In this document: piece after piece, positions 1 to 11,199 of the stretch | How the letters are laid out: each line of letters starts with the position of its first letter | How positions within the stretch are numbered: the stretch's first letter is position 1 | From: Bacilli bacterium | GTDB taxonomy: Bacteria > Bacillota_I > Bacilli_A > RF39 > UBA660 | Direction: 5' to 3' | NCBI GenBank assembly: GCA_017411405.1 | Contig: JAFQQE010000012.1 | Coordinates: forward strand, 86,161 to 150,160 | DNA: 64,000 nucleotides | Notes under the pieces: model-generated | What the model was told of the DNA's origin: nothing | The model's database searches: none | Seen by the model: the letters and a program-made list of their open reading frames with translations, nothing else | Position numbers and translations under genes: made by a program

Positions 1-1
1 A

Positions 2-562
2 TCTACTTTTATGGTAGAAATGTTAGAAGCTAGAAATGCTATTGTTAATGCAACAGCGAACAGTTTGATATTATTTGATGAATTAGGACGTGGAACGGCA
101 ACGTTTGATGGCTTATCTATTGCTCAATCAATTTTAGAATATGTTGATTCAAACATAAAATGTAAAACTATGTTTTCTACTCATTATCATGAACTAACAA
201 GTTTAGAAAATAATCATTCTACTATAAAGAATGTTCATGTAGAAGCCGTGGATAATGATGGAGTAATTACTTTTTTACATAAAGTATGTGATGGGGCAGT
301 TGATAAGAGTTATGGTATACATGTTGCTTCTTTAGCGAAAATGCCAGATAGTGTAATTAGACGTGCTAGCGAAATTTTGAATATATATGAATCTGATAAA
401 AGTAAAAAAGAAATAGTTGAGAGAAGTGAACAAATCAGTTTTACTTTTGAAAATAAAGAAAGTGAAGTAGAAAAAGAATTAAAAAATATTGATATTATGA
501 AAATTACTCCGATTGATGCGATTAATATATTATATAAATTACAAGATAAATTAAAAAAATAA
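2..562 (+). CDS. mutS: DNA mismatch repair protein MutS, 3' part (runs off window start)
   Basis: [16 protein letters not shown] and FSTHYHEL motifs of the MutS ATPase domain; SYGIHVA helix-turn-helix. Confidence 0.95.
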   Translation, partial: STFMVEMLEARNAIVNATANSLILFDELGRGTATFDGLSIAQSILEYVDSNIKCKTMFSTHYHELTSLENNHSTIKNVHVEAVDNDGVITFLHKVCDGAVDKSYGIHVASLAKMPDSVIRRASEILNIYESDKSKKEIVERSEQISFTFENKESEVEKELKNIDIMKITPIDAINILYKLQDKLKK

Positions 563-588
563 TAGGTATATAAAATCTATTATTTTTA

Positions 589-1017
589 TTATATATATTT
601 TTTTAATTTACATTCTAATCTTTCGTGTTTATGAAGAATTATATAATCAAATAATGAATTATACTTGTTGTAAAAATAATCACAGTAATTATAACCATTA
701 TAAAAATTCTTTTTTAATAACTCACTAATATTGTTATTTTTTTCACTATTAATATTTTTTATAAAAATATTAAAACTATCTAAATAATTATCACTAGTTC
801 CTAGTATTTTATAATATTTAATATTAGTTAATTCTAAAATTCTTTTTTCTAATTCTTTTAATATTTCATTTTCATTAAAAACAAAAACGGAATTATCCTT
901 TTTTTTAGAGAAATATCCTAAAAGGATAGAATATATTTCTAAACTATATTTGTTAATTTCTTCTTTGTTGTTTGATAATTCTATTAATTTAGTTATATAT
1001 TTAATAGTTTTTAGCAT
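589..1017 (-). CDS. hypothetical protein
   Basis: 142-aa ORF with an AGGAAGGA RBS upstream on the minus strand; no recognised motif. Confidence 0.6.
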   Translation of the reverse strand: MLKTIKYITKLIELSNNKEEINKYSLEIYSILLGYFSKKKDNSVFVFNENEILKELEKRILELTNIKYYKILGTSDNYLDSFNIFIKNINSEKNNNISELLKKNFYNGYNYCDYFYNKYNSLFDYIILHKHERLECKLKKYI

Positions 1018-1090
1018 AAAAATCCTTCCTTTTTTTATCTATTATAGTTGATGGATAAATTAAAGTAAATAAAAAACTCCTTTATGGAGT

Positions 1091-2503
1091 TTAGTTGTTT
1101 AAAAAATCTAAATCAAATACTTCATAGTCCGAATCATTTTTTTCAACTATTTTTTTTATATTTTCATTGTCGATTAATATATTTTTATTTTTTTCAGCTA
1201 TTTCTAATGATTCTGTCAAACCTTTACTTGTTAAGTCTGAATCATCAATATCGATCGCTTTAACTAATTCTTCAAAAGTTGTATCGCCATTTATTACTTT
1301 AGTAAGTCCATCTTGTAACATATTAATTGTTCCAGAGCTATAAACTAAATCTCTTAATTCTTCTTTTTTTATGTTATTTGTAATAGCATCTCTAATATCT
1401 TGATTAATTTCAAGTACTTCGTGTATTGCTATACGACCTTTGTATCCATCATGACATTTATCGCAACTTTTTGTTTCATAAATTTCGTTAATATCCAAAT
1501 TCAAACTATTTTTAAATACTTTCTTTTCGTATGGAGTAGTTGGTCTTGTTCCTCTACAATATGGGCATAATTTTTTACATAATTTTTGACTTACTATACC
1601 AGTTAATGCAGTTCCTAATAAATATCTTTCAATATTCATATCTAGTAAACGTTCTATTGTATTTAATGCTGTGTTTGTATGTATTGTTGATAAAACTAAA
1701 TGTCCTGTAATTGATGCACGAACAGCTATTTTGGCTGTTTCATCGTCTCTTATTTCTCCGATCATTATTATATCTGGGTCTTGACGTAATATACTTCTTA
1801 AGCAAGCAGCAAAAGTGAGACCTATATCACTAATTACTTGTACTTGATTAATTCCAGGAATATTCATTTCTATTGGATCTTCTACTGTTATTATATTTCT
1901 ATCTATTGTATTTAATCTTTGCAAAACTGAATATACTGTTGTTGATTTACCACTACCTGTTGCTCCTGTTACTAAAATTATTCCATTTGGTTGTTCGCTC
2001 ATTTTTATTATTTTTTTTAAATTTGTATCGTTAAATCCTAAAGTTTCTAATCCTTGTGTACTCATTGAATAATCTAAGATACGTACTACTATGTTTTCTC
2101 CCATATTAGTAGGCAATGAACTCACACGTAAATCTACGTCTTTATCTAATATTTTTTGTTTAATAGCACCATCTTGAGGTATTCTACTTTCTGTTATATT
2201 CATACCAGCTAGTATTTTCATTCTAGTTATCATATTTTTTTTGACGTAACCAGGTACGTTTGCATAATTTCTAAGTTCTCCATCAATACGTATTCTAATT
2301 ATTATTCCATCTTCAGTTGGATTAAAATGTATATCAGACGCTTTATTATTTATTGAGTCAACTATTATATTATTAACTATATCAGTAATTGCTACATTTT
2401 CATAATCATAAGTTTTCATAAAGTTAGTTGGAGTTGTATTAGAAATTGTTTCTTTATTTAGTATTGGATTTATTATATCGTCGTATAAAATATCTTCATT
2501 CAT
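1091..2503 (-). CDS. GspE/PulE/PilB-family type IV pilus/competence assembly ATPase
   Basis: ASDIHF, RIRIDG, Walker A GATGSGKST, LRQDPDIIMIGEIRD, tetracysteine CPYC/CDKC. Confidence 0.93.
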   Translation of the reverse strand: MNEDILYDDIINPILNKETISNTTPTNFMKTYDYENVAITDIVNNIIVDSINNKASDIHFNPTEDGIIIRIRIDGELRNYANVPGYVKKNMITRMKILAGMNITESRIPQDGAIKQKILDKDVDLRVSSLPTNMGENIVVRILDYSMSTQGLETLGFNDTNLKKIIKMSEQPNGIILVTGATGSGKSTTVYSVLQRLNTIDRNIITVEDPIEMNIPGINQVQVISDIGLTFAACLRSILRQDPDIIMIGEIRDDETAKIAVRASITGHLVLSTIHTNTALNTIERLLDMNIERYLLGTALTGIVSQKLCKKLCPYCRGTRPTTPYEKKVFKNSLNLDINEIYETKSCDKCHDGYKGRIAIHEVLEINQDIRDAITNNIKKEELRDLVYSSGTINMLQDGLTKVINGDTTFEELVKAIDIDDSDLTSKGLTESLEIAEKNKNILIDNENIKKIVEKNDSDYEVFDLDFLNN

Positions 2504-2744
2504 AATACCACTCCTTATTCTATAAAATATTATAATATAAAATTATATAAAACACAATATCAAGTATAAAAAAGTTTTACTTTTTTTCTTATTTAGTTTA
2601 TTATTAAATTAAGTATAATATGGAGTAGTGGTACTCATGAATTTGTTGAAAACTAAAGTATATAAGACTTTATACAATACCGAAAATAATAATATTGTTG
2701 TATAAAGTATTGAAATTTAAAATAAATTAATATATAATATGTAA

Positions 2745-2970
2745 GAAATGCAGAGAAGTTGAGGAAGTATATTAAATTATTTTTTAAAGAGAGTTAGTGG
2801 CTGGTGTGAACTAATAAAAATATTTAGTAGAAAGTAGCAATGGAGCTGAATGTCTGAGTTTAGTAAGATATTACGTTTAACGCGTTAAGTTAAGAGGTGT
2901 ATTAAATACATAAATTAAGGTGGTACCACGAAAATTCTCGTCCTTTGGATTGGGAATTTTTTATTTTAGA
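2745..2970 (+). promoter_or_regulatory. T-box riboswitch leader of valS (Val specifier GTA)
   Basis: AGAGA and GGTGTGAA stem-I motifs, GAAA-GTA-G specifier, T-box AAGGTGGTACCACG at 2917-2930, U-tract before the RBS. Confidence 0.9.
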
Positions 2971-2983
2971 AAGGAAAAATATT

Positions 2984-5524
2984 ATGTTAGAAACAAAATA
3001 TAATCATAAGTCAGTAGAAATTGGTAAGTATGAAAATTGGAAAAGTAAAGGATACTTTGAGCCAACAAATAATGGTAAAGGTAAATTTTCTATAGTTATT
3101 CCACCTCCTAATGTTACAGGTAAATTACATTTAGGACATGCTTGGGATACAACTTTACAAGATATAATTGTAAGATTTAAAAGAATGCAAGGGTTTGATA
3201 CTTTATGGTTGCCTGGAATGGACCATGCTGCTATAGCAACTGAAGCTAAAGTAGTAGCAAAATTAAAAAGTAATGGTATAAATAAATATGAATTAGGTCG
3301 TGAAGGTTTTTTAAAGGAAGCATGGAAGTGGAAAGAAGAATATGCTGAAAATATTAGAAATCAATGGGGAAAATTAGGTTTATCTTTGGCTTATTCAAAA
3401 GAACGTTTTACTTTAGATGAAGGATTAAATAAAGCAGTTACTAAAGTATTTGTTGATTTGTATAATGAAGGATTAATTTATAGAGGGGAAAGAATAATAA
3501 ATTGGGATCCAGAGGCTAAAACTGCTTTATCTAATGAAGAAGTTTTATATGAAGAAGTTGAAGGTGCATTTTATCATTTAAAATATTATTTAGAGGGTAG
3601 TGATAAATATTTAAGAGTTGCTACAACAAGACCTGAAACTTTATTTGGCGATACAGCAGTTGCTGTAAATCCTAATGATGAAAGATATAAAGAATATATT
3701 GGGCAAAATGTTATACTACCTATTTTAAATAAACCAATACCTATTGTTGCTGATGAACATGCTGATCCTGAATTTGGTACTGGTGTTGTTAAAATTACTC
3801 CAGCGCATGATCCTAACGATTTTGAAGTTGGAAATCGTCATAATTTAGAAAGAATAAAAGTTTTAAATCCTGACGGAACAATGAATGATAATGCTGGTAT
3901 TTATTCTGGTTTAGATAGATTTGAATGCAGAAAAAGATTGATAGAAGATTTAACCAATGAAAATTTATTAATTGAAATTGAACCAATCACGCATTCTGTT
4001 GGACATAGTGAAAGAACTAGTGTAATGGTAGAACCATATTTATCTAAACAATGGTTTGTTAAAATGGAAGAACTAGCTAAGCGTGTTTTAGAAATACAAA
4101 AAAACGAAGATGAAAAAGTGAATTTTGTTCCTGAAAGATTTGAGAAAATATTAAATCATTGGATGGAAGATTGCCATGATTGGTGTATATCACGTCAATT
4201 ATGGTGGGGACATAGAATTCCTGCATGGTATAAAGGAGATAGTATTTATGTAGGTGAAGTTGCTCCTGTAGGTGATGGTTGGGTTCAAGATGAGGATGTT
4301 TTAGATACGTGGTTTTCTAGTGCTTTATGGCCTTTTTCAACTTTTGGTTGGCCGGATAAAACTGAAGATTTAGAAAAGTTTTTTCCTACTGATGTGTTAG
4401 TTACTGGATATGATATTATTTTCTTCTGGGTAGCAAGAATGGTTTTCCAAGGATTACATTTTATGAATCAAAGACCTTTTAAAGATTGTTTAGTACATGG
4501 TTTGATTCGTGATAAAATAGGTAGAAAAATGTCTAAGAGTTTAGGTAATGGAGTAGATCCTATGGATGTTATTGAAGAATATGGATGTGATGCATTGCGT
4601 TTCTTCTTATGTAGTAATAGTGCTCCTGGACAAGATTTAAGATATGATGAAGAAAAAGTTAAGGGTGAATGGAATTTCATAAATAAATTATGGAATGCAT
4701 CTCGATATGTTTTAATGAATGTAGAAGATTTTGATATGAAAAATTATAATTTAGATAATTTAGAAATTCAAGACAAATATATTTTAAACAAAATGAATAA
4801 TACTATAAAACATGTTACAAAACATATGGAAAAATATGATTTTAATATAGTTGGAAGTACATTATATGATTTTATATGGACTGATTTCTGTGATAATTAT
4901 ATTGAAATGAGTAAATTTAAACAAGATGATACTACTAAATCTGTTCTTATTACAGTATTAATGAATATAATAAAAATGTTACATCCATTTATGCCTTTCG
5001 TAACTGAGGAAATATATTTAATGATGCCTAATAAAGATGCTGAATCTATTATGATTAGTTCTTATCCTGAATTTAATAATAAGTTTAAATTTGATAAAGA
5101 AGAAAAAGAAATTATTAATATGTTGGAGTATGTAACTTTATTTAGAAATAAATTACATGATATAAATTGTGGTAAAGAATTTGAAATTATTACAAATAAT
5201 GAAAATGGGTTATTATTTAATTTATTAAAATTAAAAGATAAAAAAGTAATGAATTCTAAATATAATGATTCCGTAAAAGTAAATTTATATGATTATGATA
5301 TTTCTATTTATTTTGATAATAGTAGTAATTTAGAAAATGAAATAAATGAATTAAATAAAGAAAAAGATAATCTTATAAAGAGTATTGAAAGACGTGAAAA
5401 ATTGCTTTCTAATGAAAACTATGTTAATAAAGCACCTGTATTTGTTGTAGAAAAAGATAGAGAATTATTAAAACAAGAAAAAGATAGATTAGAATTTATT
5501 AATAGAGAATTAAATAACTTATAG
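2984..5524 (+). CDS. valS: valine--tRNA ligase
   Basis: [25 protein letters not shown]; start moved to ATG 2984 after the AAGGA RBS. Confidence 0.98.
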   Translation: MLETKYNHKSVEIGKYENWKSKGYFEPTNNGKGKFSIVIPPPNVTGKLHLGHAWDTTLQDIIVRFKRMQGFDTLWLPGMDHAAIATEAKVVAKLKSNGINKYELGREGFLKEAWKWKEEYAENIRNQWGKLGLSLAYSKERFTLDEGLNKAVTKVFVDLYNEGLIYRGERIINWDPEAKTALSNEEVLYEEVEGAFYHLKYYLEGSDKYLRVATTRPETLFGDTAVAVNPNDERYKEYIGQNVILPILNKPIPIVADEHADPEFGTGVVKITPAHDPNDFEVGNRHNLERIKVLNPDGTMNDNAGIYSGLDRFECRKRLIEDLTNENLLIEIEPITHSVGHSERTSVMVEPYLSKQWFVKMEELAKRVLEIQKNEDEKVNFVPERFEKILNHWMEDCHDWCISRQLWWGHRIPAWYKGDSIYVGEVAPVGDGWVQDEDVLDTWFSSALWPFSTFGWPDKTEDLEKFFPTDVLVTGYDIIFFWVARMVFQGLHFMNQRPFKDCLVHGLIRDKIGRKMSKSLGNGVDPMDVIEEYGCDALRFFLCSNSAPGQDLRYDEEKVKGEWNFINKLWNASRYVLMNVEDFDMKNYNLDNLEIQDKYILNKMNNTIKHVTKHMEKYDFNIVGSTLYDFIWTDFCDNYIEMSKFKQDDTTKSVLITVLMNIIKMLHPFMPFVTEEIYLMMPNKDAESIMISSYPEFNNKFKFDKEEKEIINMLEYVTLFRNKLHDINCGKEFEIITNNENGLLFNLLKLKDKKVMNSKYNDSVKVNLYDYDISIYFDNSSNLENEINELNKEKDNLIKSIERREKLLSNENYVNKAPVFVVEKDRELLKQEKDRLEFINRELNNL

Positions 5525-5688
5525 AAATATTTTATATGATGATTTTTATATAAAAAGTTTTAAAATACTAATTATAAATTATTAGTGTTTTTTTTCTTGA
5601 AATAATAAAAATTATTTTATATAATCAATAATAGAGAGGAGTATGGAAATTATTATTTATTTTAATAATTTATAAAAAAGGTGATAAT

Positions 5689-6789
5689 ATGTTTGATTTT
5701 AGTAATTTTAATAATGCTGATATAGTTAATACAACAGCAAATAATGAAGGGATGTTAGCTTTATTTTTAGGGACTTTAATTTTTTCTTTGATATTATCTA
5801 TTATATTAATAATATCTTATGTTAAAGCTTTAAAGAAATCAGGAGCATCTTTAATTAATATTTTATGGTTGTTTTTACCTATACCAATATTAGGAAGTGT
5901 TATGTTAGCATTGAAGATTGATCCTAAAAAATATGGTAAGGGTAGTGGTTATTTAGTTGGTATGATTTTATTACCTATAATATTTGTTCCTATTATAGCT
6001 TTTTCAGATAATGTTGTAAAAGACAATAGTGAAAAACAAGATAATACGAATTTTGATGCAATGAATGTTGTGAACAATGATGTTGAAATTAATAGTTTTG
6101 GAAACACATCAATAGTAGATAATACGAATAATATACCAGTAGAAAATAATAATACATTAGAAGTTGAAACAGATGTTAATCGTCAAGGTATATCTAATTT
6201 AAATATTGAACCTCAAATTGAAAATTCAATAAATGTTGTAGATTCTACTATTAAAGATATGCAAGAACAAAATAATGGTACTCTAAATAATGAACCTGTT
6301 TTAGATTCTACACCTATAATGGAAAGTGCTCCAGCATTTAATAGTGTGCCTGAAATTCCTGTAAGCGAACCTGTGAATGTAGAAACAAATATTGAAACCC
6401 TTTCAGAAAACCAAGCGCAACCATCAGCATTTAATAGTGTGCCTGAAATTCCTGTAAGCGAACCTGTGAATGTAGAAACAAATATTGAAACTTTTTCAGA
6501 AAATCAAGTACAATCATCAGCATTTAATAGTGTGCCTGAAATTCCTGTAAGCGAACCAGTTGGTTTAGCTTCAACTATAGAACAAATTCCTGAAAAACCG
6601 GTTGAGCCTAATATTAATAATGGAATAGATAATGTGGTTCAAATAGAGCCAATTATGGAAGAACCTATTAAGGTTGAAGAAGTTTATGTTACTCCAATAG
6701 TTACAGATAATAAAGTTTGTAAAAATTGTGGTAATGCTATTCCTGATATTGTTTCAATTTGTCCTAATTGTGGAACAGATAATGAGTAA
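5689..6789 (+). CDS. membrane protein with Pro/Glu/Asn-rich repeat linker and C-terminal zinc ribbon
   Basis: Three N-terminal hydrophobic segments, low-complexity linker, CKNC..CPNC at the C-terminus. Confidence 0.75.
   Translation: MFDFSNFNNADIVNTTANNEGMLALFLGTLIFSLILSIILIISYVKALKKSGASLINILWLFLPIPILGSVMLALKIDPKKYGKGSGYLVGMILLPIIFVPIIAFSDNVVKDNSEKQDNTNFDAMNVVNNDVEINSFGNTSIVDNTNNIPVENNNTLEVETDVNRQGISNLNIEPQIENSINVVDSTIKDMQEQNNGTLNNEPVLDSTPIMESAPAFNSVPEIPVSEPVNVETNIETLSENQAQPSAFNSVPEIPVSEPVNVETNIETFSENQVQSSAFNSVPEIPVSEPVGLASTIEQIPEKPVEPNINNGIDNVVQIEPIMEEPIKVEEVYVTPIVTDNKVCKNCGNAIPDIVSICPNCGTDNE
6332..6557 (+). repeat. 93-bp intragenic tandem repeat (~2.4 copies, 31 aa unit)
   Basis: CAGCATTTAATAGTGTGCCTGAAATTCCTGTAAGCGAACC starts at 6332, 6425 and 6518. 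Confidence 0.95.
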
Positions 6790-6849
6790 ATTAAGAATTT
6801 ACTCTTTTAAATTGTTTAATAATATTATATAATTATATAAGGTGATAGT

Positions 6850-7746
6850 ATGAATACTAGAATAGTTGAAGAGTGTTATACACTAATTGATTTAATGAGT
6901 ATTATAATAGAAAAAGAAACTGATGAATACGTTATTAATAATGCTAAAAAATGTTTGGTTTATTTTGTTAATCAATTATATGAAGAAGAAAATAAAAATA
7001 AAAGTAATATTAATTCAAGAGATTTTTATGAGCAAATTTTATTAAATAATGGAATAGAAAAAAATAAACTAAAAGAATTGAAAAAGCCTGAAAAAAGTGA
7101 AGGAGAAAAAATTAGAGAATCAATAATTAATTATAAGTTGAGTGTTTTATTAAGAGAATTGAAAAATGTTTTAAAAAGACCGAATTTTCTATCTTTAAGA
7201 ACTTGGGTTAATAATTTTTATGATATTGTAGTTTATTATCAACTTGATAAACAGGAAATGTTTACTTTTATGATTAATAATATGAAAAAATATTCTGTAG
7301 AAGATAAAGTTATTCAGAAAGCAAGTAAATTATATTTAGAAAAAGATGGGGTAATTGGTCCGAAATCTGTAGAAGAAAAAAAATCAATTGAGAAAGAATA
7401 TTCTATTATAAAAAAGAAAAAAAATAGAATTTCAGAGGAAAAATTAAATGCTTTAAGGAAAAAATCACTTGATACTATTCAAAGTAATATAAATATAAGT
7501 TTGGCTGATAATGATTTTGAAAAGAAGAGATTTGTTTATGTAAAAGCATATTTAATAAAATTAAAAAATTTAATTAAGACAGGAAAAGAAAAAATAGATA
7601 TTCAACATAAAATAAATAGTCTTACTTCTATTTTATTAAACATCAAAAGTAAAACTATAAAAAAATCAAAAACTATTGAAAGCGTAGAAGAAAATTTGGA
7701 GAATGATGATACTGATATAAAAAAAGGAGTGAGTTTAATTAAATGA
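6850..7746 (+). CDS. hypothetical Lys-rich protein
   Basis: 298-aa ORF with an AAGGTGA RBS. Confidence 0.7.
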   Translation: MNTRIVEECYTLIDLMSIIIEKETDEYVINNAKKCLVYFVNQLYEEENKNKSNINSRDFYEQILLNNGIEKNKLKELKKPEKSEGEKIRESIINYKLSVLLRELKNVLKRPNFLSLRTWVNNFYDIVVYYQLDKQEMFTFMINNMKKYSVEDKVIQKASKLYLEKDGVIGPKSVEEKKSIEKEYSIIKKKKNRISEEKLNALRKKSLDTIQSNINISLADNDFEKKRFVYVKAYLIKLKNLIKTGKEKIDIQHKINSLTSILLNIKSKTIKKSKTIESVEENLENDDTDIKKGVSLIK

Positions 7747-7991
7747 TAGAGAACGGAACTATTGTTGAATTAAGCAATAATAAAAAATATATATTAACTG
7801 ATTCTGTTATAGAAAATAATCATATTTATTATTTAGCTTTAGAAGTAGATTATAAAACAGAAATTCCTAATGAAAATAGTATGTTTTTTGAACTTAAAAA
7901 TAATAATATTTTAACTCCAATTACTGATATTAATGATATAGATTTTTTAAAAATAGTATTTGTAAATAAATTTATTGAAAATACAAATTAA
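7743..7991 (+). CDS. small acidic hypothetical protein (DUF1292-like)
   Basis: AAGGAG RBS; overlaps the upstream stop; Y..YLAL pattern resembles DUF1292. Confidence 0.6.
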   Translation: MIENGTIVELSNNKKYILTDSVIENNHIYYLALEVDYKTEIPNENSMFFELKNNNILTPITDINDIDFLKIVFVNKFIENTN

Positions 7992-8151
7992 ATTGTTTGC
8001 ATATCATAAAAAACTATGTTATAATACCCGTTACAAATGGGGTTATTTGTATAGAATATAAAGAAACTCTAAGTTTCTTTATTTTTATAGAATTATAATT
8101 ATTATTTTTACATAATTTTTTATTGAGATAATTATGCTGGGGGGGATCTTA

Positions 8152-8709
8152 ATGATATTAAAATATTTCGAAAAATTTTTTAATCATAAGTTTAAAAAAT
8201 ATATTATTAATTATGAAATAAAAAATAATAAAATTAAAATAATAAATTCTTATGGGGAATTTAAAGAAGTAGATAATAATGTAAAGAATAAAGTAAAAGT
8301 TATGGAGGTAATTAGTGATCATAAAAAGGAAATAACTGAAAAAATTAATTATTATGACAATAAAAGAAATGATTATATATTTATAATATTTAGTAGTTTA
8401 TTATTTATATTATTTTTAGGATTTATTTGTTTATTTAGTTTTTTTACAGGAAGTTATATATTTTTATTATTATCTATAGTATCTTTTAGTATAAGTTTAG
8501 TAGTATTTAGTTCTAATTTATATAATATTTTATTATTTAGAAAAGAAGTAAAAAGGTTAGTAAATGCTATTGAAAACAAGAATTTTGCTGATAATAATGA
8601 ATTTAAAGAAATTATATTAGATAGTTTTATATTTGTTAAAAATTATATTTATAATGTATTGATTAAGATTATTTCTTTATTTGAAAATATAAAAGTAAAA
8701 TTTAATTAA
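8152..8709 (+). CDS. hypothetical membrane protein
   Basis: Two central hydrophobic segments; ATG follows a G-run RBS. Confidence 0.65.
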   Translation: MILKYFEKFFNHKFKKYIINYEIKNNKIKIINSYGEFKEVDNNVKNKVKVMEVISDHKKEITEKINYYDNKRNDYIFIIFSSLLFILFLGFICLFSFFTGSYIFLLLSIVSFSISLVVFSSNLYNILLFRKEVKRLVNAIENKNFADNNEFKEIILDSFIFVKNYIYNVLIKIISLFENIKVKFN

Positions 8710-8756
8710 TTTTATTTTTTTATGTGTTATAATATTTTTAAGGATGAGTGATAATT

Positions 8757-9743
8757 ATGAAAAAAAGAATATTAACAGGATTACAACCAACTGGAGTTAT
8801 TACATTAGGTAATTATATAGGTGCTATTAAACAAATGATAGAAATGCAAGAAAATTATGAATCTTATATTTTTATTGCAGATATGCATGCTATTACTGTA
8901 AATCAAGATCCTATAGTTTTACGTGAAAATATTAAAAGTTTAGTTGCTTTATATTTAGCTTGTGGGATAGATCCTAAAAAGAATACTATATATATTCAAT
9001 CTGATAATCCATATATCGGAGGTATAAGTTGGATGTTAGAATGTAATTCATATTATGGAGAATTATCAAGAATGACACAATTTAAAGATAAAGCAAAAAA
9101 GAATGCTAATTTTACTTCAGGACTTTTAACTTATCCCGTATTAATGGCTGCAGATATTTTATCTATGGATGCTGATTATGTTCCTGTTGGAGTAGATCAA
9201 AAACAACATGTAGAGTTGGCTAGGGATATAGCAATAAGATTTAATAATAAATATGGGGAAATGTTTAAAATACCTGAACCTATTTTAAAAAAAGTTGGTA
9301 CAAAAATAATGGATTTACAAACACCTGATAAAAAAATGAGTAAGAGCAGTGAAAATCAAAAGGGAGTTATAAGATTATTAGATGATATAGATGTTATAAG
9401 AAAAAAGATAATGTCTGCAACAACTGATTCTGAAATGGTTGTTAGATTTGATCCTGAAAATAAACCTGGAATATCAAATTTAATAAATATATATTCATCT
9501 TTAACTAATAAAAGTATAGAGGAAATAGAAATGGAATTTAAAGATTCTAATTATGGTAATTTTAAAAGTAGAGTTGCTGATATAGTAGTTGATGTAATAT
9601 CTAATATTCAAAATAAATATAATGAAATATTAAATAGTGATTATTTAGATGAAATTTTAGATAGTGGTATGAATAAAAATATAGAAATTTCTAAAGAATT
9701 CTATCAAAAAATGAAAAAAGTTATTGGATTAGGTAGAAATTAA
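8757..9743 (+). CDS. trpS: tryptophan--tRNA ligase
   Basis: GLQPTG..TLGNYIGA, YPVLMAADIL, VPVGVDQKQH, KMSKS. Confidence 0.97.
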   Translation: MKKRILTGLQPTGVITLGNYIGAIKQMIEMQENYESYIFIADMHAITVNQDPIVLRENIKSLVALYLACGIDPKKNTIYIQSDNPYIGGISWMLECNSYYGELSRMTQFKDKAKKNANFTSGLLTYPVLMAADILSMDADYVPVGVDQKQHVELARDIAIRFNNKYGEMFKIPEPILKKVGTKIMDLQTPDKKMSKSSENQKGVIRLLDDIDVIRKKIMSATTDSEMVVRFDPENKPGISNLINIYSSLTNKSIEEIEMEFKDSNYGNFKSRVADIVVDVISNIQNKYNEILNSDYLDEILDSGMNKNIEISKEFYQKMKKVIGLGRN

Positions 9744-9795
9744 TTAGTTTTTACTTGATAATTGTATTATTATTTGATACAATTATTTTGTTCTT

Positions 9796-9872
9796 GGCGG
9801 GATTGGTGAAGTGGTTAACACGCCGGATTGTGGCTCCGGTATGCGTGGGTTCGATCCCCACATCTCGCCCCA
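9796..9872 (+). tRNA. tRNA-His (GTG) with G-1 and encoded CCA
   Basis: Acceptor GCGGGAT/ATCTCGC, anticodon arm CCGGA-TTGTGGC-TCCGG (GTG at 9830-9832), T arm GTGGG-TTCGATC-CCCAC, C73 then CCA. Confidence 0.97.
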
Positions 9873-9882
9873 TTTGAGTATT

Positions 9883-9916
9883 TGGTGAAGCTGAAAGATG
9901 CTTCACTTTTTCTTTT
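9883..9916 (+). terminator. intrinsic terminator after tRNA-His, repeated after every cassette core
   Basis: GGTGAAGC-TGAAAGAT-GCTTCACT followed by TTTTCTTTT; homologous copies near 11166, 12549, 13892, 14982 and 16222. Confidence 0.85.
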
Positions 9917-10254
9917 GAATAAGCCTTATTTTAAGGGCTTTTGATATTTTAAATGATTTTTAATAATAAAAAATTTTAAAAAAGTTATAGAAAAATTGAT
10001 AAAATTAAATTTAAAAATATAATCACTAAAAATTCTTGAATTTAATATATTTTTTTGATGAAAAAATCAATAAAAATAGTAAAAAGTCAAAAAAAGGTCA
10101 AAAAAATCGAAAAAAAAGGTCAAGCACTAGGTCAAGGATTGGTCAAGGAAATCAACTGAAAAAGGCAAATAAAAGTCATATTTAGCTCATTTTTTGGTCA
10201 AAAATAAGTACAGTAAATTTCGTAAACTTAGGTTGTAAAGGGTTTTATAGCATA

Positions 10255-10284
10255 TTTACAAATAATAATATGTGATGATATAAT
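10255..10284 (+). promoter_or_regulatory. sigma-A-like promoter of cassette 1 gene (same layout in cassettes 2 and 3)
   Basis: TTTACA-18 bp-TATAAT with TG extension; also 11516-11545 and 12919-12948. Confidence 0.7.
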
Positions 10285-10312
10285 TTTAAATAGAAAGTAG
10301 GTTGAATTAAAA

Positions 10313-11065
10313 ATGGAAGAAAAGAAAAATAATAAAGGATTAGTTTTGTTAATTGTAATTTTATTAATTTTAGTACTAGGATTAGTAGGGTATATTTTTT
10401 ATGATAAAGTTTTGTTAAAAGACATACCACAAAATGAGAATAATATTACTTCAATTACGACTACAAATATAAAAGAAAGTTATAATGATATAAAAGCAAT
10501 ATTTAAATCTTTGCCTAATAAAAATGATGAATCAGTATTGTGGGATGGTTCCATTAATGATCTTATTAAAGAAGAAGTTAATTTTGACACAGATTTTAAG
10601 AATGTTAGTAAAAATGAACATGGTTTTGATTTAGATTATAGTTGTGTTGAATATAATCCTGAGGATAATGATGAAGGAATAGATAAATGTACTAAATTTG
10701 AAATTGTTATAAATAATCAAAAAAATGAATTATATTCTAATTTTTGGTATCATTTAAGGGTAATGTTAACAAAAGAATATCTAATTACTTATGATGGTAG
10801 TTTTGCAGGAGATTTAAGGATTTTTGATAAGACAGGAAAAGAAATTTTTAATGAATACATAGCTACTGATTTTGGAATTAAATTAGATGAAGAAAATTAT
10901 GTTGATGAAATTTATGGTTATACACCTAGTATTAAAGATAATAAGTTATATTTTGTAAAATATATTAAAGGAAATGAGGATACTTTTGTTATAAGTAATT
11001 TTGATTTAAGTAATAAAAAAGTAACTGAAATTTCAAATTTTAAGGGCGATGTAGGAATAATTTAA
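10313..11065 (+). CDS. cassette 1 cargo: N-terminally anchored surface protein, paralog A
   Basis: MEEKKNNKGL + TM (LVLGLVGYI.YD) + Thr-rich linker + variable acidic domain. Confidence 0.85.
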   Translation: MEEKKNNKGLVLLIVILLILVLGLVGYIFYDKVLLKDIPQNENNITSITTTNIKESYNDIKAIFKSLPNKNDESVLWDGSINDLIKEEVNFDTDFKNVSKNEHGFDLDYSCVEYNPEDNDEGIDKCTKFEIVINNQKNELYSNFWYHLRVMLTKEYLITYDGSFAGDLRIFDKTGKEIFNEYIATDFGIKLDEENYVDEIYGYTPSIKDNKLYFVKYIKGNEDTFVISNFDLSNKKVTEISNFKGDVGII

Positions 11066-11067
11066 AA

Positions 11068-11199
11068 TAACTGGATATATAAAAATATTTGTGCTAAAGT
11101 GATAATAGAGGACAAGATACAAGGGAGCTTCTATTATGTTCACAAAACGCCCCATTAAGATATTTGGTGAAGCTGAAAAAAGCTTCACTTTTTCTTTTG
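11068..11199 (+). repeat. cassette junction repeat (80-bp right arm + tRNA-end core + terminator)
   Basis: TAACTGG..GTGATAATAGAGGACA..GGGAGCTTCTATTATGTTCACAAAA-CGCCCCATT-..TTTGGTGAAGC. Confidence 0.92.

Noticed and set aside
2637-2705. 22-codon ORF with GGAG upstream and a long hairpin, between pilB-like and the valS leader
   Set aside because: Too short and featureless to call; the hairpin may be only regulatory.
11118-11147. dif/Xer site (TTATGTTCACA resembles the XerD arm TTATGTTAAAT)
   Set aside because: Only a 7/11 match, and no XerC-like arm 6 bp upstream. Not supported, though a Xer-family enzyme acting in trans is not excluded.
11100-11156. Additional tRNA genes at the junctions
   Set aside because: Only the last 7 nt of the tRNA plus TT are shared; no D, anticodon or T arms.
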